Shown here one piece after another: positions 30,601 through 42,401 of a stretch of 64,000 nucleotides of DNA. The translations under genes were made by a program, and so were the position numbers. Source of the stretch: Thermodesulfobacteriota bacterium. GTDB taxonomy: Bacteria; Desulfobacterota_D; UBA1144; Nemesobacterales; Nemesobacteraceae. Within the stretch, counting starts at the first letter, position 1. Each line of letters opens with the position of its first letter. The stretch is from NCBI GenBank assembly GCA_965116075.1, contig OZ220467.1, forward strand, positions 1,722,509 through 1,786,508, in the 5' to 3' direction. The notes beneath the pieces were generated by a model that saw nothing but the letters and a program-made list of their open reading frames with translations, was not told where the DNA came from and made no database searches.

Positions 30601-32021
30601 AACCCTGGAGACTCGTGATTCCTTCGGGGCTGAATCAGGAGTTGCAAGAACACCTCTTTCCTGGCGACGACGAGCATGGGGCAGTGATCCTCGCGGGAAC
30701 CTGCGAGTCTGAGCGAGGCCTCAAACTTATTACGCGAGAACTGCACCTAGCGAAGGACGGAGTGGACTATGTGCCGGGCAAGCGTAGTTACCGAATGTTG
30801 AAGGCCGAGTTCATCCAGGAACTGGTCCTGCGGGCACGGGATAAGAGACTAGCGTATCTTGCAATTCACAACCACGGCGGAACTGACTTGGTCGGGTTCT
30901 CGGAACCTGATATGGCTTCACACGAAAGGGGCTATCCGGCACTACTTGACATTGCACGAGGTATGCCGGTCGGTGCGCTGGTATTTGCGCGTTCAGCAGT
31001 TGCTGGTGATCTGTGGCTCCCCGGATGCCGCCGTGCTCAACTGAGTCAAGCAGAGATCATCGGACATCGGCGACAGTTGCTCTTCCCGATGCCAAAGAAG
31101 CGAGTTGCCACCGTTGGAATGTACGATCGACAAAGCCGTCTCTTTGGCGATGTCGGTCAAGACTTGTTGCGACAAACCCGCGTGGGAATCATCGGATTGG
31201 GTGGCGCGGGTTCGGTCTTGGCCGAACTGCTAGGACGCTTGGGGGTCGGTGAGTTCGTTCTGGCAGACCCGGACCGGGCCGAGGATACCAATCTTCCCCG
31301 ACTGCTCGGGGCGCGAGGGCGCGACGCTGTTCTGCCGGCGTGGGTACCGAGCATTCTCGCGACACGGCTGCGAAGCACGAAAGTTCGGATGGCAGCCCGA
31401 AACATACGCCGTGCGAATCCGAAAGCGCAGATTGAGGCATTGGCCCGGAATTTTCTGGACGACGACGTCGCGGTGCGCTTTACGAACTGCGACTTCCTTT
31501 TTCTCGCAGCCGACACGATGGGAGCACGCCTCCTGTTTAACGCAATAGTGCACCAATATGGTATCCCAGGTATCCAAGTGGGCACCAAGATTCCTGTCTC
31601 GGAAAATGGGACTGTCGGAAATGTGTTCTGTGTCAGCCGAATGGTCACACCCGAACAAGGATGCCTGTGGTGTAATGGACTCATCAACGCCGGCAGGTTG
31701 CAAGATGAAGCGGTACCGGAGGCGGCCCGCAAGGGATACGCCTATGTGGACGACCCGGATGTTGCGGCGCCGAGCGTGGTGACCATAAACGCGGTAGCGT
31801 GTGCGCATGCTGCGGATGATTTTTTGTTCCACCTTACCGGACTGAGGAACGAAAATGCGCAGACGGGATGGTTCCGATGGAGCTCGCGCCGTGCGGTGGC
31901 GGGCTATGACATGCCACGACGCGATGCGGACTGCACAGAGTGCTCTTCATCGGAGCACAGCCGGTTGGCAATGGGTGACAACGCCGCCTTGCCAACAAAG
32001 CATACAGGTCATCTGAGTTAA
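30579..32021 (+). CDS. JAB/MPN peptidase fused to ThiF/E1 adenylyltransferase
   Basis: N-terminal E (DEHGAVILAG) and HNH..S..D JAB motif. C-terminal YDRQ, IIGLGGAGS, DPD..TNLPR, TKV, CLWC and CTEC. Confidence 0.9.
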   Translation: MDEEPTIKPWRLVIPSGLNQELQEHLFPGDDEHGAVILAGTCESERGLKLITRELHLAKDGVDYVPGKRSYRMLKAEFIQELVLRARDKRLAYLAIHNHGGTDLVGFSEPDMASHERGYPALLDIARGMPVGALVFARSAVAGDLWLPGCRRAQLSQAEIIGHRRQLLFPMPKKRVATVGMYDRQSRLFGDVGQDLLRQTRVGIIGLGGAGSVLAELLGRLGVGEFVLADPDRAEDTNLPRLLGARGRDAVLPAWVPSILATRLRSTKVRMAARNIRRANPKAQIEALARNFLDDDVAVRFTNCDFLFLAADTMGARLLFNAIVHQYGIPGIQVGTKIPVSENGTVGNVFCVSRMVTPEQGCLWCNGLINAGRLQDEAVPEAARKGYAYVDDPDVAAPSVVTINAVACAHAADDFLFHLTGLRNENAQTGWFRWSSRRAVAGYDMPRRDADCTECSSSEHSRLAMGDNAALPTKHTGHLS

Positions 32022-33603
32022 CGGTCTTTCGCCCGGCACTCGTAAAGGTCATCGTCTTTGATGATAGTCAAGATCTCCTGCCCCTGCCCCAAAGTGTCGA
32101 CGTCCTTCGTGAAGAGCAGACCAGGCAAATGAAGTGCTAGGAGTCCGTCGCCATCTTTGCCCGTGGAGGTCGCGTCAATAATAGTGTGCCCATAAATGCG
32201 GCGCATTCCGGCTGAGGAGTGGTTATAGGAATTGATGGTGGCAATCTCGGTTATCCAGGCGAAGTGAGGCAGGTGGAGAGCTAGCAGAGCATCTTTGAGG
32301 TCATCGCAGGCGGTGCTATCGACGACATACCGACGATAACCAGCAGCCGAAGTCAGATAGGTACGCAGGACGATGTTGCGACCGGCATATGCCCGCCGAA
32401 GTTTTTCCAATAATTGATCATTCACAGGCAATCCACACGTAACCAACTTCTGTCGTATATGCGGCAACCCACTCAAGGTCGAATTAATGCAATCACAAGC
32501 AGATACTTCAGCAACAGCTGCCGTTGAGAAGACCCTAGGCGACATGAGAGCTACTGCGAAAATTGCATGGCTCGCACTCAACTCGACAGTGCGGGAAGAC
32601 AGATGACGCATAATTGTATCACCGTCGAAGGGGTGCGGCGTTGAGGACGGGTCCTGGACCGGGAGCAACATATAGGGGCCTCCTTGGTCGTCGTGGACGA
32701 TGTATGCAGGAACATAGTCAATCGCGGCGTTGGTCGGTTGGTCCTGTCTTGCGAACACGCGGCCGATGACTGTGACCGCATGCCCGACTTCAGTCCCAAT
32801 GTTGAGCCCGAGGATGACGGGAATTCCTGACTCAACATAAGGCAGGATGGCGCAGGCGATGTTCGATCTGCCGAAACAGAGGGGTTGATATCCCGCCTCT
32901 CTAATGGCCCGAAGCATACGTTCAGATGTGAGAAAATCCGATCCGGCTGGCAATGAGATGGCTTCGTCGCGAGTTATTGGAGTTGCCAAGCGCGTAATGT
33001 CCGCGACCGAAACCCAGTTGTACCCGTACCGTGCATGCAAGTGTCGCATGCCGACCCAGATAGAGACTTGGGCACAAGCACCAACACGGGCATCCTGTTG
33101 CAGATACGCAGTACCAGTTATCTTGAAGTCCATGCCGAGAAGATTCGCCTCAAATTCAGCGCGGCAAGTGACGGTCGACTCCATTTCTGGGTGGCCACGT
33201 ACCTCAGCCAAAAGGACACTTCTCCCAATCGGCGCCTTTGGCAAAGGACGAATTACACAGAAACCACAATAGCTCGTACGGGCGACTTCTCGGAACTGAT
33301 GAAGTTGTTCTGTTCCGCTGACCGAGGCTGAGCAAGAAGAGACGAGATGTCATCAGAAAAAAAGTGTATACGCTTGCAGTGGCGCGCATGCGCTCGAAAC
33401 GTGCCAGCGTAAAAATGGTGATAGTCGGAGGAATAATCGCGGTCGACGTAAGGGTCTTCAAGAACATAGGACTTCGCACCCAAAATACGGAGATGGCGAA
33501 TAGTGCTCTGAACCACCTCGGGATGCCCATCACCAAAGATCTCAGCAAGCTTTGCCCAAGCGTCAACTGTGTCAAGTGACTCAATAGTGTACGTGATCTG
33601 CAT
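32018..33603 (-). pseudogene. Papain-like (C39-like) cysteine peptidase gene, frameshifted by a 5-bp duplication
   Basis: ORFs 33253..33603 and 32018..33244 fuse into 526 aa if one copy of TGTTC-TGTTC (33306-33315) is removed (..PRSAEQLHQFREVARTSYCGFCVIRPLPKAPIGR..). Triad-like motifs QQD....ACA, GHAVTVIG, HDD. Confidence 0.75.
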
Positions 33604-33660
33604 GTATGGTGTTGAGATTCCGAGCGGGCATCATAATGAACGCAACTTAGTCTCCTAAGT

Positions 33661-33855
33661 TTATCGCCAAGAGAATTTCTGAGCTTCTTGGATAACTTTG
33701 ATGGTCTCCGCTTCAATCCGGTCCACTTCATCTAGCGCCTTTTTACTAATGGTTAGCGATACGCCAACCTCTCTTGCGAGGATGCTCTGTCTCTTGGACA
33801 CTTGAGCATCATCTTCAGATGAAACTGGGACATAAGAACAATCTTTGTCTGTCAT
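33661..33855 (-). CDS. Small hypothetical protein upstream of the peptidase
   Basis: 64 aa, GGAGA RBS, co-oriented with and 57 nt from the peptidase start. Confidence 0.5.
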   Translation of the reverse strand: MTDKDCSYVPVSSEDDAQVSKRQSILAREVGVSLTISKKALDEVDRIEAETIKVIQEAQKFSWR

Positions 33856-34040
33856 GTTTGTTTCTCCATGTCTGATGTTTTACTGGTACAAAGCCAGTCA
33901 TCAACATATTTGTAATACTTTCAGTAATCCAAGTTTATCATGCCTAAAAAACATTACCGTAACATCTATGTCCCGGAACGATTTGCCGTAGCAAAAAGTT
34001 CCGTTACACAACCTTTCTACAAACGAACATAACTAGGAAC

Positions 34041-34068
34041 ATATTACAGTGCTGGCGCCTTTTGTCAA
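34041..34068 (-). promoter_or_regulatory. Candidate sigma70 promoter for the small ORF/peptidase unit
   Basis: Minus strand TTGACA-16 nt-TAATAT. Confidence 0.45.
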
Positions 34069-34235
34069 TAGTCTGAAAAGCCGATGTAATACTATTCTTT
34101 TCTATTGGCAAGAAGTCTAGCAAGACCCTTCTCCCCTATCTTCTTTACTTGTATGGTCCCTATTAAAAAGATCGCCCATAATTGCTTCTCTTTTCGCTAT
34201 CATGATGGACGAATTTTTCATGTGTTTAAGATGAC

Positions 34236-34391
34236 CTAGTGTTATGTCAAGGGCAACATTTTTTGTACAATGTGTTTCAAGGCGAAGCTCCGTGCTCCGA
34301 GCCGTCTTTGCACAACAGAAGGCTCGGTTGCCGATGCCTGCTGCAGACTCAAGTCCACCTACCCAGAAATCATTACTTGACGCAACACTAG
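34236..34391. mobile_element. 156-bp MITE derived from an IS630-family element
   Basis: Ends CTAGTGTTATGTCAAG / CTTGACGCAACACTAG are inverted repeats with CTAG on both sides. The first ~85 nt match the IS630 left end at 55915. Confidence 0.8.
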
Positions 34392-35068
34392 TTCCAGATG
34401 ACTTGTGCCAACCTCTACGTGATTTCCTGCGAGGGTTGTATGGCATCGGCGAGCGGAAGACTAGCTGAGTAGACAATGCTCAAGATTTCACTATCTTCGG
34501 CTTGGTAGATGCGATCCGAGGAGGAAAAGACGAACTACTCTCCAAAGACTGGAGGCTACCGGATAGTCCTGCGAATAGTTTGACTCGAATGACACCCGAA
34601 GAACTTCACAAATTGGAGGAAATTGACTTAGATGATTGAATAAGTATCAGTCTCAACGTATTTCATGAGAACAAATGACAGCACCGGACTTTGGATCGCC
34701 TTTCAATCGGTCAGCAGTGCACCGTAATCCTGCACTTGTTGCTACTTGACAATCTATATCCTATGATTATGGACCAGCCGGAGGACAATCTAGACAATGC
34801 TTTTATTACAGAGCGAATTGTTCAGGAGTTACGCGTTGCGAAGATCAAGCGCCAGTTCCTGTTCCCAACACATAATGCGAACATTCCTGTCTTTGGCGAT
34901 GCAGAGTGGATTGGGGTCTACTCGGCATCTGAGGAGCACGCGGAAATGCCTATATCTGTTCAGGGATCAATTGACACTCCGACAATTCGCGACCATGTGG
35001 CAAGTATCCTCGAAGGTGGCAAGAATGCCTTTATGCAGCGCAAAGAAAAATACGGATTTGATTACTAA
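34392..35068 (+). pseudogene. C-terminal fragment of an ABC/SMC-like (TrlF/Ppl-type) ATPase
   Basis: LSIGQQCT (signature), IMDQPEDNLDN (Walker B/D-loop), THNANIPVFGDAE, LEGGKNAF. The upstream same frame has three TGA stops and is cut by the MITE. Confidence 0.8.
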
Positions 35069-36312
35069 TGACAAAATCTGAACTACTAGAACTTATAGCA
35101 AACGGAGAGAACTCTGGCGTAGAGTTTAAGCGCGATGATCTACGTCCCGAACAATTGGCAAAAGAAGTTGTAGCACTAGCCAATTTCCAAGGGGGTCATA
35201 TTTTGCTCGGAGTTGATGATGACAGAACCATTACAGGAATTCAACGTACTAACCTTGAACAATGGGTAATGGATACCGTGTTCGGACGATACGTACATCC
35301 AGTAATCATTCCTTTCTATGAAGAGGTGCAAATTGAAGAGCAGAAATATGTAGCAGTGATTACGGTGAGTCAGGGATCAACCAAGCCTTATGTGATTCGC
35401 CACCAAGGCAGAGAAGATATTTACATCCGATTAGGAAGTACCTCTAGACTGACTACGCGAGAACAGCAGGCGCGGTTGTTGCATGCACTTGGCGGGATGT
35501 TGCATGCGGAACTATTACCTGTCTCAGGAAGTGCCTTGGTAGACCTCAGTCTAGATCGGTTAAAAGACTACCTGACAACGATTGTGGGAGATAAAACACT
35601 ACCAGCCAGTGATGAAGAATGGCACACACGACTTTCAGGCTTGGGATTCATGGTTGAACGTAAAGACGGCCCACCTATTTGCACGATTGCTGGCCTCATT
35701 CTATTTGGCCACTCTCCACGACGATACCTCTGTCAGGCTGGTATACGGTGGATGGCATTTGAAGGAAAGAGCAAATCATATCGAGCTCTTGACGATCGCG
35801 TGATTGATGGCGCGCTAGTAGCGCTTTGGAAGAAAGACAGAAAAGGAAATCGAGAATTAATAGAAGATGGGATCATTGAGAAACTAGTGAATGCGATGCG
35901 GCCATTTATCTCAGAGGAAAAAGACGAGATAGATGAATCCATGCGCAGGGAACACCGTTGGTTATATCCAGTTGAAGCGTTACGAGAAGCAATAGTTAAT
36001 GCGCTTGCTCACCGAGACTGGACGCGTTATGAAGAGGTTGAAATTTCGCGGTACGCAGATCGGCTTGAGATATTAAGCCCCGGTGCTTTGCAAAACACTA
36101 TGACTGTGAAGAAGATGATCGCTGGCCAGCGCTCACAACGCAATTCGTTGATTGTCGGAACTCTTTGCAACTACGGATATGTTGATGCGAGAGGCATGGG
36201 GGTGAGAAACAAGATTATCCCTCTCATGCGAGAACAAAATGAAACAGATCCAGAATTCATAGCAACCGAGGACTATCTCCGACTCATCATGCGCATTAAG
36301 CAATTAAGATAA
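35068..36312 (+). CDS. AlbA_2 (Schlafen-like) + HATPase_c_4 domain protein
   Basis: GENSGVEFKRD, LANFQGGHILLGVDD, YPVEALREAIVNALAHRDW, LEILSPG, GMGV. Confidence 0.85.
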   Translation: MTKSELLELIANGENSGVEFKRDDLRPEQLAKEVVALANFQGGHILLGVDDDRTITGIQRTNLEQWVMDTVFGRYVHPVIIPFYEEVQIEEQKYVAVITVSQGSTKPYVIRHQGREDIYIRLGSTSRLTTREQQARLLHALGGMLHAELLPVSGSALVDLSLDRLKDYLTTIVGDKTLPASDEEWHTRLSGLGFMVERKDGPPICTIAGLILFGHSPRRYLCQAGIRWMAFEGKSKSYRALDDRVIDGALVALWKKDRKGNRELIEDGIIEKLVNAMRPFISEEKDEIDESMRREHRWLYPVEALREAIVNALAHRDWTRYEEVEISRYADRLEILSPGALQNTMTVKKMIAGQRSQRNSLIVGTLCNYGYVDARGMGVRNKIIPLMREQNETDPEFIATEDYLRLIMRIKQLR

Positions 36313-36326
36313 CACTCCTACGGTTC

Positions 36327-37052
36327 CTAGTTCTCTGCGCAGATTCTTTCAATTTCACCTAGCATTCGTTCCCTAACAATGCTTTGAAGAACACTGGACC
36401 CTTCTTTCCCTCTAGGAAGACTCTTGGTATCCACAGGATCAAGAATGCTCACAATAACTTCTCGGTCGGTATTAAGTTCATAAGAATTTTTTTTTCTTAT
36501 ATCTTTACATCCCCATATTATCATCGGCACAACCGGCACTCTAGCAAGTGATGCGATAAGAAATCCTCCCTGCTTGAAAGGAAGCAGCTCTCCATCCTCG
36601 CTTCGTGTGCCCTCGGGAGCTATAATTAGGGAAGGTCCTTTCCTTATATTTTTAACAATCTCTCTTACCTTATTCATATCTTCTACAGATCCGTCCCTTG
36701 AAACAAAATAATGCCCACTGAGTCTAGAAACCCAGCCAATAAAAGGAATTGAGGCCACTTCTTTTTTCATAACAGCCTTCCACTCAAACGGAATCACTGC
36801 GGAAAAAACCGGTATGTCTAGGGAACTCTGGTGATTACACATAACTATGACAGGAACATCGGGGAAATTTTCCTTACCGATCAATCGAAGACGGACTCCG
36901 CAGGACCAAAGAACCGTCTTGCCCCATGGCCGTACAGAGCACTTTATTACGTGTTGAGTTGTAACAAGCGACATCAACATCCCGACAAAACCCCACCAGG
37001 CCGTAAAGAAAAAACTAAGAACAATAGCCAAAATACTTCTTATTTTTTTCAT
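36327..37052 (-). CDS. plsC: 1-acyl-sn-glycerol-3-phosphate acyltransferase
   Basis: NHQSSLD, PEGTRS, LPFKQGGF. Confidence 0.88.
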   Translation of the reverse strand: MKKIRSILAIVLSFFFTAWWGFVGMLMSLVTTQHVIKCSVRPWGKTVLWSCGVRLRLIGKENFPDVPVIVMCNHQSSLDIPVFSAVIPFEWKAVMKKEVASIPFIGWVSRLSGHYFVSRDGSVEDMNKVREIVKNIRKGPSLIIAPEGTRSEDGELLPFKQGGFLIASLARVPVVPMIIWGCKDIRKKNSYELNTDREVIVSILDPVDTKSLPRGKEGSSVLQSIVRERMLGEIERICAEN

Positions 37053-37966
37053 CTAGATTCATCCCCCCTAGAAACTATAATTCTTATTCCTCGTTCACCC
37101 ACGACTATTTCATGTTTTCCCGCGCAAAGAGTAAAGGTTTCACCGTCTATGTGTGCGGGAAGATCAACAAGAGTCTCAAATTCTAGTTTTTTTATTTTAA
37201 GTATCTTCACTCCATCCATCCCCTCGTGCTTTCCCTCAAGCACTTTAGGTATTCTGAGAAGCCTCTGTAGCGACTTCATGTCGTCAATAACATGAATATC
37301 CAGAAATCCATCAAAGACGCTTGCATTAGGAGCTAGACGGAACTTTCCTCCTTGAAAAGAACCGTTTGAAGCTCCAAAAAGAAGAAGCTTTTTCTCTTGA
37401 AAGCGTTCTCCTAACACAGTATTGATGTTTGTAAAGAAGCCGCGAAACCTAAATGCTTCAATTATCGCTCCGACCACGTAACCAAAAGAACCGAGATACT
37501 TCAACCCCCGAGAAAACGCATAGGCCACAGCACCATCCATACCGGTCCCAAACCCGTTTATAAAGCATCTATCGTCTATAAAAGCCACGTCAACTTCGCG
37601 TGGGATACCTGAAAAGATATTTTCCACAGCGTCGCAAGCGTTAATAGGTATGCCTGCGGCCTTGGGGAAATCGTTTCCGCTTCCGCATGGTATAATTCCC
37701 GCAATCGCTTCACTACCCCGCAAAGAACTCACAATTTCACTTGATGTGCCGTCTCCTCCGAGCGAGATAAAGTGAGTGAATTCTCGCCTGAGTCCATCTG
37801 AGGCAAGTCTTGCCGCATGCCCTTTAGACTCTGTAACTCTAATCTCGTAGAATATATTTCTTTTTTTTAAAGCGGAAACAAGCAACTTAAGTGTTTTTTT
37901 CGCTTCGCCACTACCTGCTACGGGATTGGCTATCACAAGATATTTCATTGGTTTTTCACTGTGCAC
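37049..37966 (-). CDS. Diacylglycerol kinase family lipid kinase (YegS/DgkB-like)
   Basis: NPVAG, GGDGT, PCGSGNDF, DGE. Confidence 0.9.
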   Translation of the reverse strand: MHSEKPMKYLVIANPVAGSGEAKKTLKLLVSALKKRNIFYEIRVTESKGHAARLASDGLRREFTHFISLGGDGTSSEIVSSLRGSEAIAGIIPCGSGNDFPKAAGIPINACDAVENIFSGIPREVDVAFIDDRCFINGFGTGMDGAVAYAFSRGLKYLGSFGYVVGAIIEAFRFRGFFTNINTVLGERFQEKKLLLFGASNGSFQGGKFRLAPNASVFDGFLDIHVIDDMKSLQRLLRIPKVLEGKHEGMDGVKILKIKKLEFETLVDLPAHIDGETFTLCAGKHEIVVGERGIRIIVSRGDESR

Positions 37967-38053
37967 CGCACATATATGATAACCAAGAACTTGATTAATA
38001 TTGGTTTTTCCGGTATTAAAAACGGTTTCTAAAAGGAAATTGGAGGATCGTTA

Positions 38054-38987
38054 ATGAGAGAAGAAGAAGTTGTAGTTAACAGTAAACTTAGTATGAAAAG
38101 CCTGCTTGAGGCGGGAGTTCATTTTGGGCACCAGAAAAGTCACTGGAATCCGAAAATGAAATCCTATATATTCGGAGCCAGAAACGGAATTCATATAATT
38201 GATCTTCAGCAGACAGTTCAACTTTTCGGTAGAGTTTATAATTATACGAGAAACACTGTGGCAAACGGTGGAACCATTCTTATGGTTGGAACAAAAAAAC
38301 AGGCCAAGGGGATAATTGAGGAAGAAGCGACCAGATGCGACATGCCGTACATAAACACACGGTGGCTCGGGGGAACGCTCACTAACTTTAACACCATACG
38401 CTCTAGGGTTGATTATATGTTGGAACTAAAAGACCTTGAGAAAACCGGTAAGATGGACCTGCTTCCGAAAAAAGAAGCGAAAAACCTAAGGCGAGAGATA
38501 GTGAAACTCGGAGGGCTTCTAGGTGGGGTAGTTAATATGAAGAAAGTCCCTGATGCTATTTTTGTAGTTGATACGAAAAAAGAACATATAGCTATTAAGG
38601 AAGCGAGAAACCTCGGTTTACCCATAATAGCTATTGTGGATACAAATTGTGACCCGGAAAACGCGGATTACTTGATTCCTAGCAATGACGACGCTATAAG
38701 GGCTATCAAGCTTTTCACCTCAAAAATAGCGGATGCCTGCATTGAAGGTAGCCACGCATACCAAGAAAAACTGGTATCCGGGGAAGTGGAGCAAGCAAAA
38801 GAACCGGAATCCAGTAGCGTGGTAGTAGAAAGAAAAATGTTTGTCTTTAAAGAATCAAACAATGACTCAACTGAAAAGACCAGTGATTTCGTTTCAGTAG
38901 CGATTTCTGAGGGAGATGTACAACAACAGACAACTGAGCAGAAAAACGAAACAACTGAGAGCAAAGAGATGAAAAAAGAGGAACAAA

Positions 38988-38995
<8 letters not shown>
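38054..38995 (+). CDS. rpsB: 30S ribosomal protein S2 with acidic C-terminal extension
   Basis: [35 protein letters not shown]. Confidence 0.98.
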
Positions 38996-40907
<1,912 letters not shown>

Positions 40908-40920
40908 TTTTTTGTTCACC

Positions 40921-42201
40921 TCAGCGGCCGATCACCCTTAGACCATCCATGTAGTGAACCAAAACCTCGGGAACCGCAACAGTTCCATCTTCATTTTGAA
41001 AATTCTCAAGAATAGCAAGAAACGCCCTACCAACCGCCACCCCCGACCCGTTGAGCGTGTGTAAGTATTCAGGTTTTTCCCCTCTCGTTTTTCTGTACCT
41101 TATATTGGCTCGCCTCGCCTGAAAAGCCTCAAAATTGCTACAAGATGATATCTCCCTATACCTTCCTTCACTAGGCACCCAAACTTCAATATCGTAAGTC
41201 TTTGCGGATGAAAAACCCATGTCTCCCGTACACAGAATCACTATTCTGTAAGGAAGCCCCAAGAGTTCAAGAATCCTAGCCGCATCAGCGGTTAGTGTCT
41301 CAAGTTCATCGTAGGAATTTTCCGGTTCCACAAAACGCACCAACTCCACTTTATTGAATTGGTGCTGTCTTATTATCCCGTGTACGTCCTTCCCATAAGA
41401 ACCCGCCTCCTTTCTAAAGCAAGGGGTGTAGGCCACGTACTTTACCGGAAGTATATCCGCAGGAATTATCTCATTACGGTGTATATTCGTAACTGGAACC
41501 TCGGCTGTGGGGGCCATGTAGTAATCAGTATCGCTGAGCTTGAATAGGTCTTCTTCAAACTTCGGGAGGTTACCTGTCCCTGTGAGACTTCCGCTGTTTA
41601 CCATAAAAGGTGGAAGCACTTCGGTGTAGCCGTGTCTACCGACATGAACGTCAAGCATGAAATTTATCAAAGCTCTTTCAAGTCGTGCACCCGAGCCTTT
41701 ATAGAGAGCAAATCGCGCGCCGGTTATTTTCGCAGCACTAGGAAGGTCCAATATATCTAGTTCCGTTCCTAGGTGAACGTGATCTTTTATCTCGAAATCA
41801 AACTCTCTTGGCTCACCCCATTTTCTTATCTCTACATTGTCCGTATCGTTAATCCCCTTAGGTACTGATAGGTGCGGTATGTTAGGCATCTGGAGGAGAA
41901 CGTCTTGTAGAAGTACCTCTGTTTCCGCTTTATGCTCGTTAAGACTTTTTATCTGTTCTGAAAGAGACTTCATTTCTGGAAGAATCCGAGATAGTTCTTC
42001 TTGATTCCCTGATTTTTTTAAGAAACCTATTTTTTTTGAGCCCTCATTTCTTTTTTGCTCAAGAGCCTCAACTTTTTTGATTATTTCCTTTCTACGAGAA
42101 TTAAGAACTGTAAATTCCGAAAGGTCAGCCCCAGATCCCCGTGAATCAAGTCTTTCACTTACAAAATCAATATCCTGTTCAATCAGTTTGGGGTCCAGCA
42201 T
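40921..42201 (-). CDS. serS: Seryl-tRNA synthetase
   Basis: [38 protein letters not shown]. Confidence 0.98.
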   Translation of the reverse strand: MLDPKLIEQDIDFVSERLDSRGSGADLSEFTVLNSRRKEIIKKVEALEQKRNEGSKKIGFLKKSGNQEELSRILPEMKSLSEQIKSLNEHKAETEVLLQDVLLQMPNIPHLSVPKGINDTDNVEIRKWGEPREFDFEIKDHVHLGTELDILDLPSAAKITGARFALYKGSGARLERALINFMLDVHVGRHGYTEVLPPFMVNSGSLTGTGNLPKFEEDLFKLSDTDYYMAPTAEVPVTNIHRNEIIPADILPVKYVAYTPCFRKEAGSYGKDVHGIIRQHQFNKVELVRFVEPENSYDELETLTADAARILELLGLPYRIVILCTGDMGFSSAKTYDIEVWVPSEGRYREISSCSNFEAFQARRANIRYRKTRGEKPEYLHTLNGSGVAVGRAFLAILENFQNEDGTVAVPEVLVHYMDGLRVIGR

Positions 42202-42401
42202 ACGCTGTCTGTTCTCCTGCGTGAATTTTGGGAATGGGGAATAAACTTTTTAATGTACACTTCCAACTAATATTTTCAAACAGTTAGGGAATACAAAAAT
42301 CTAATGTCCATAACGGGTTCTTGTAATTCGCCGCAACCTATTGTAACATGAATTGATCTTTCATGAATCAGGTAGCAAGAAACCAACTGAGGTAGAACTC
42401 A

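Noticed and set aside
29942-32021. Reading the operon as a ThiS/MoaD sulfur-relay cluster or as CBASS Cap2/Cap3
   Set aside because: It has no Gly-Gly sulfur carrier, rhodanese or cofactor genes, and no CD-NTase or effector nearby. A separate E2 plus JAB-E1 fusion fits a Ubl-conjugation layout better.
34025-34040. GTTC-N8-GTTC near a promoter as a possible LexA box
   Set aside because: Spacing differs from the GTTC-N7-GTTC alphaproteobacterial box, and it is a single instance.
34392-34690. Three in-frame TGA codons suggesting recoding (Sec, or TGA=Trp/Gly)
   Set aside because: TGA ends normal genes here (mreC, gatC, frr). The gene is also 5'-truncated, so decay is the simpler explanation.
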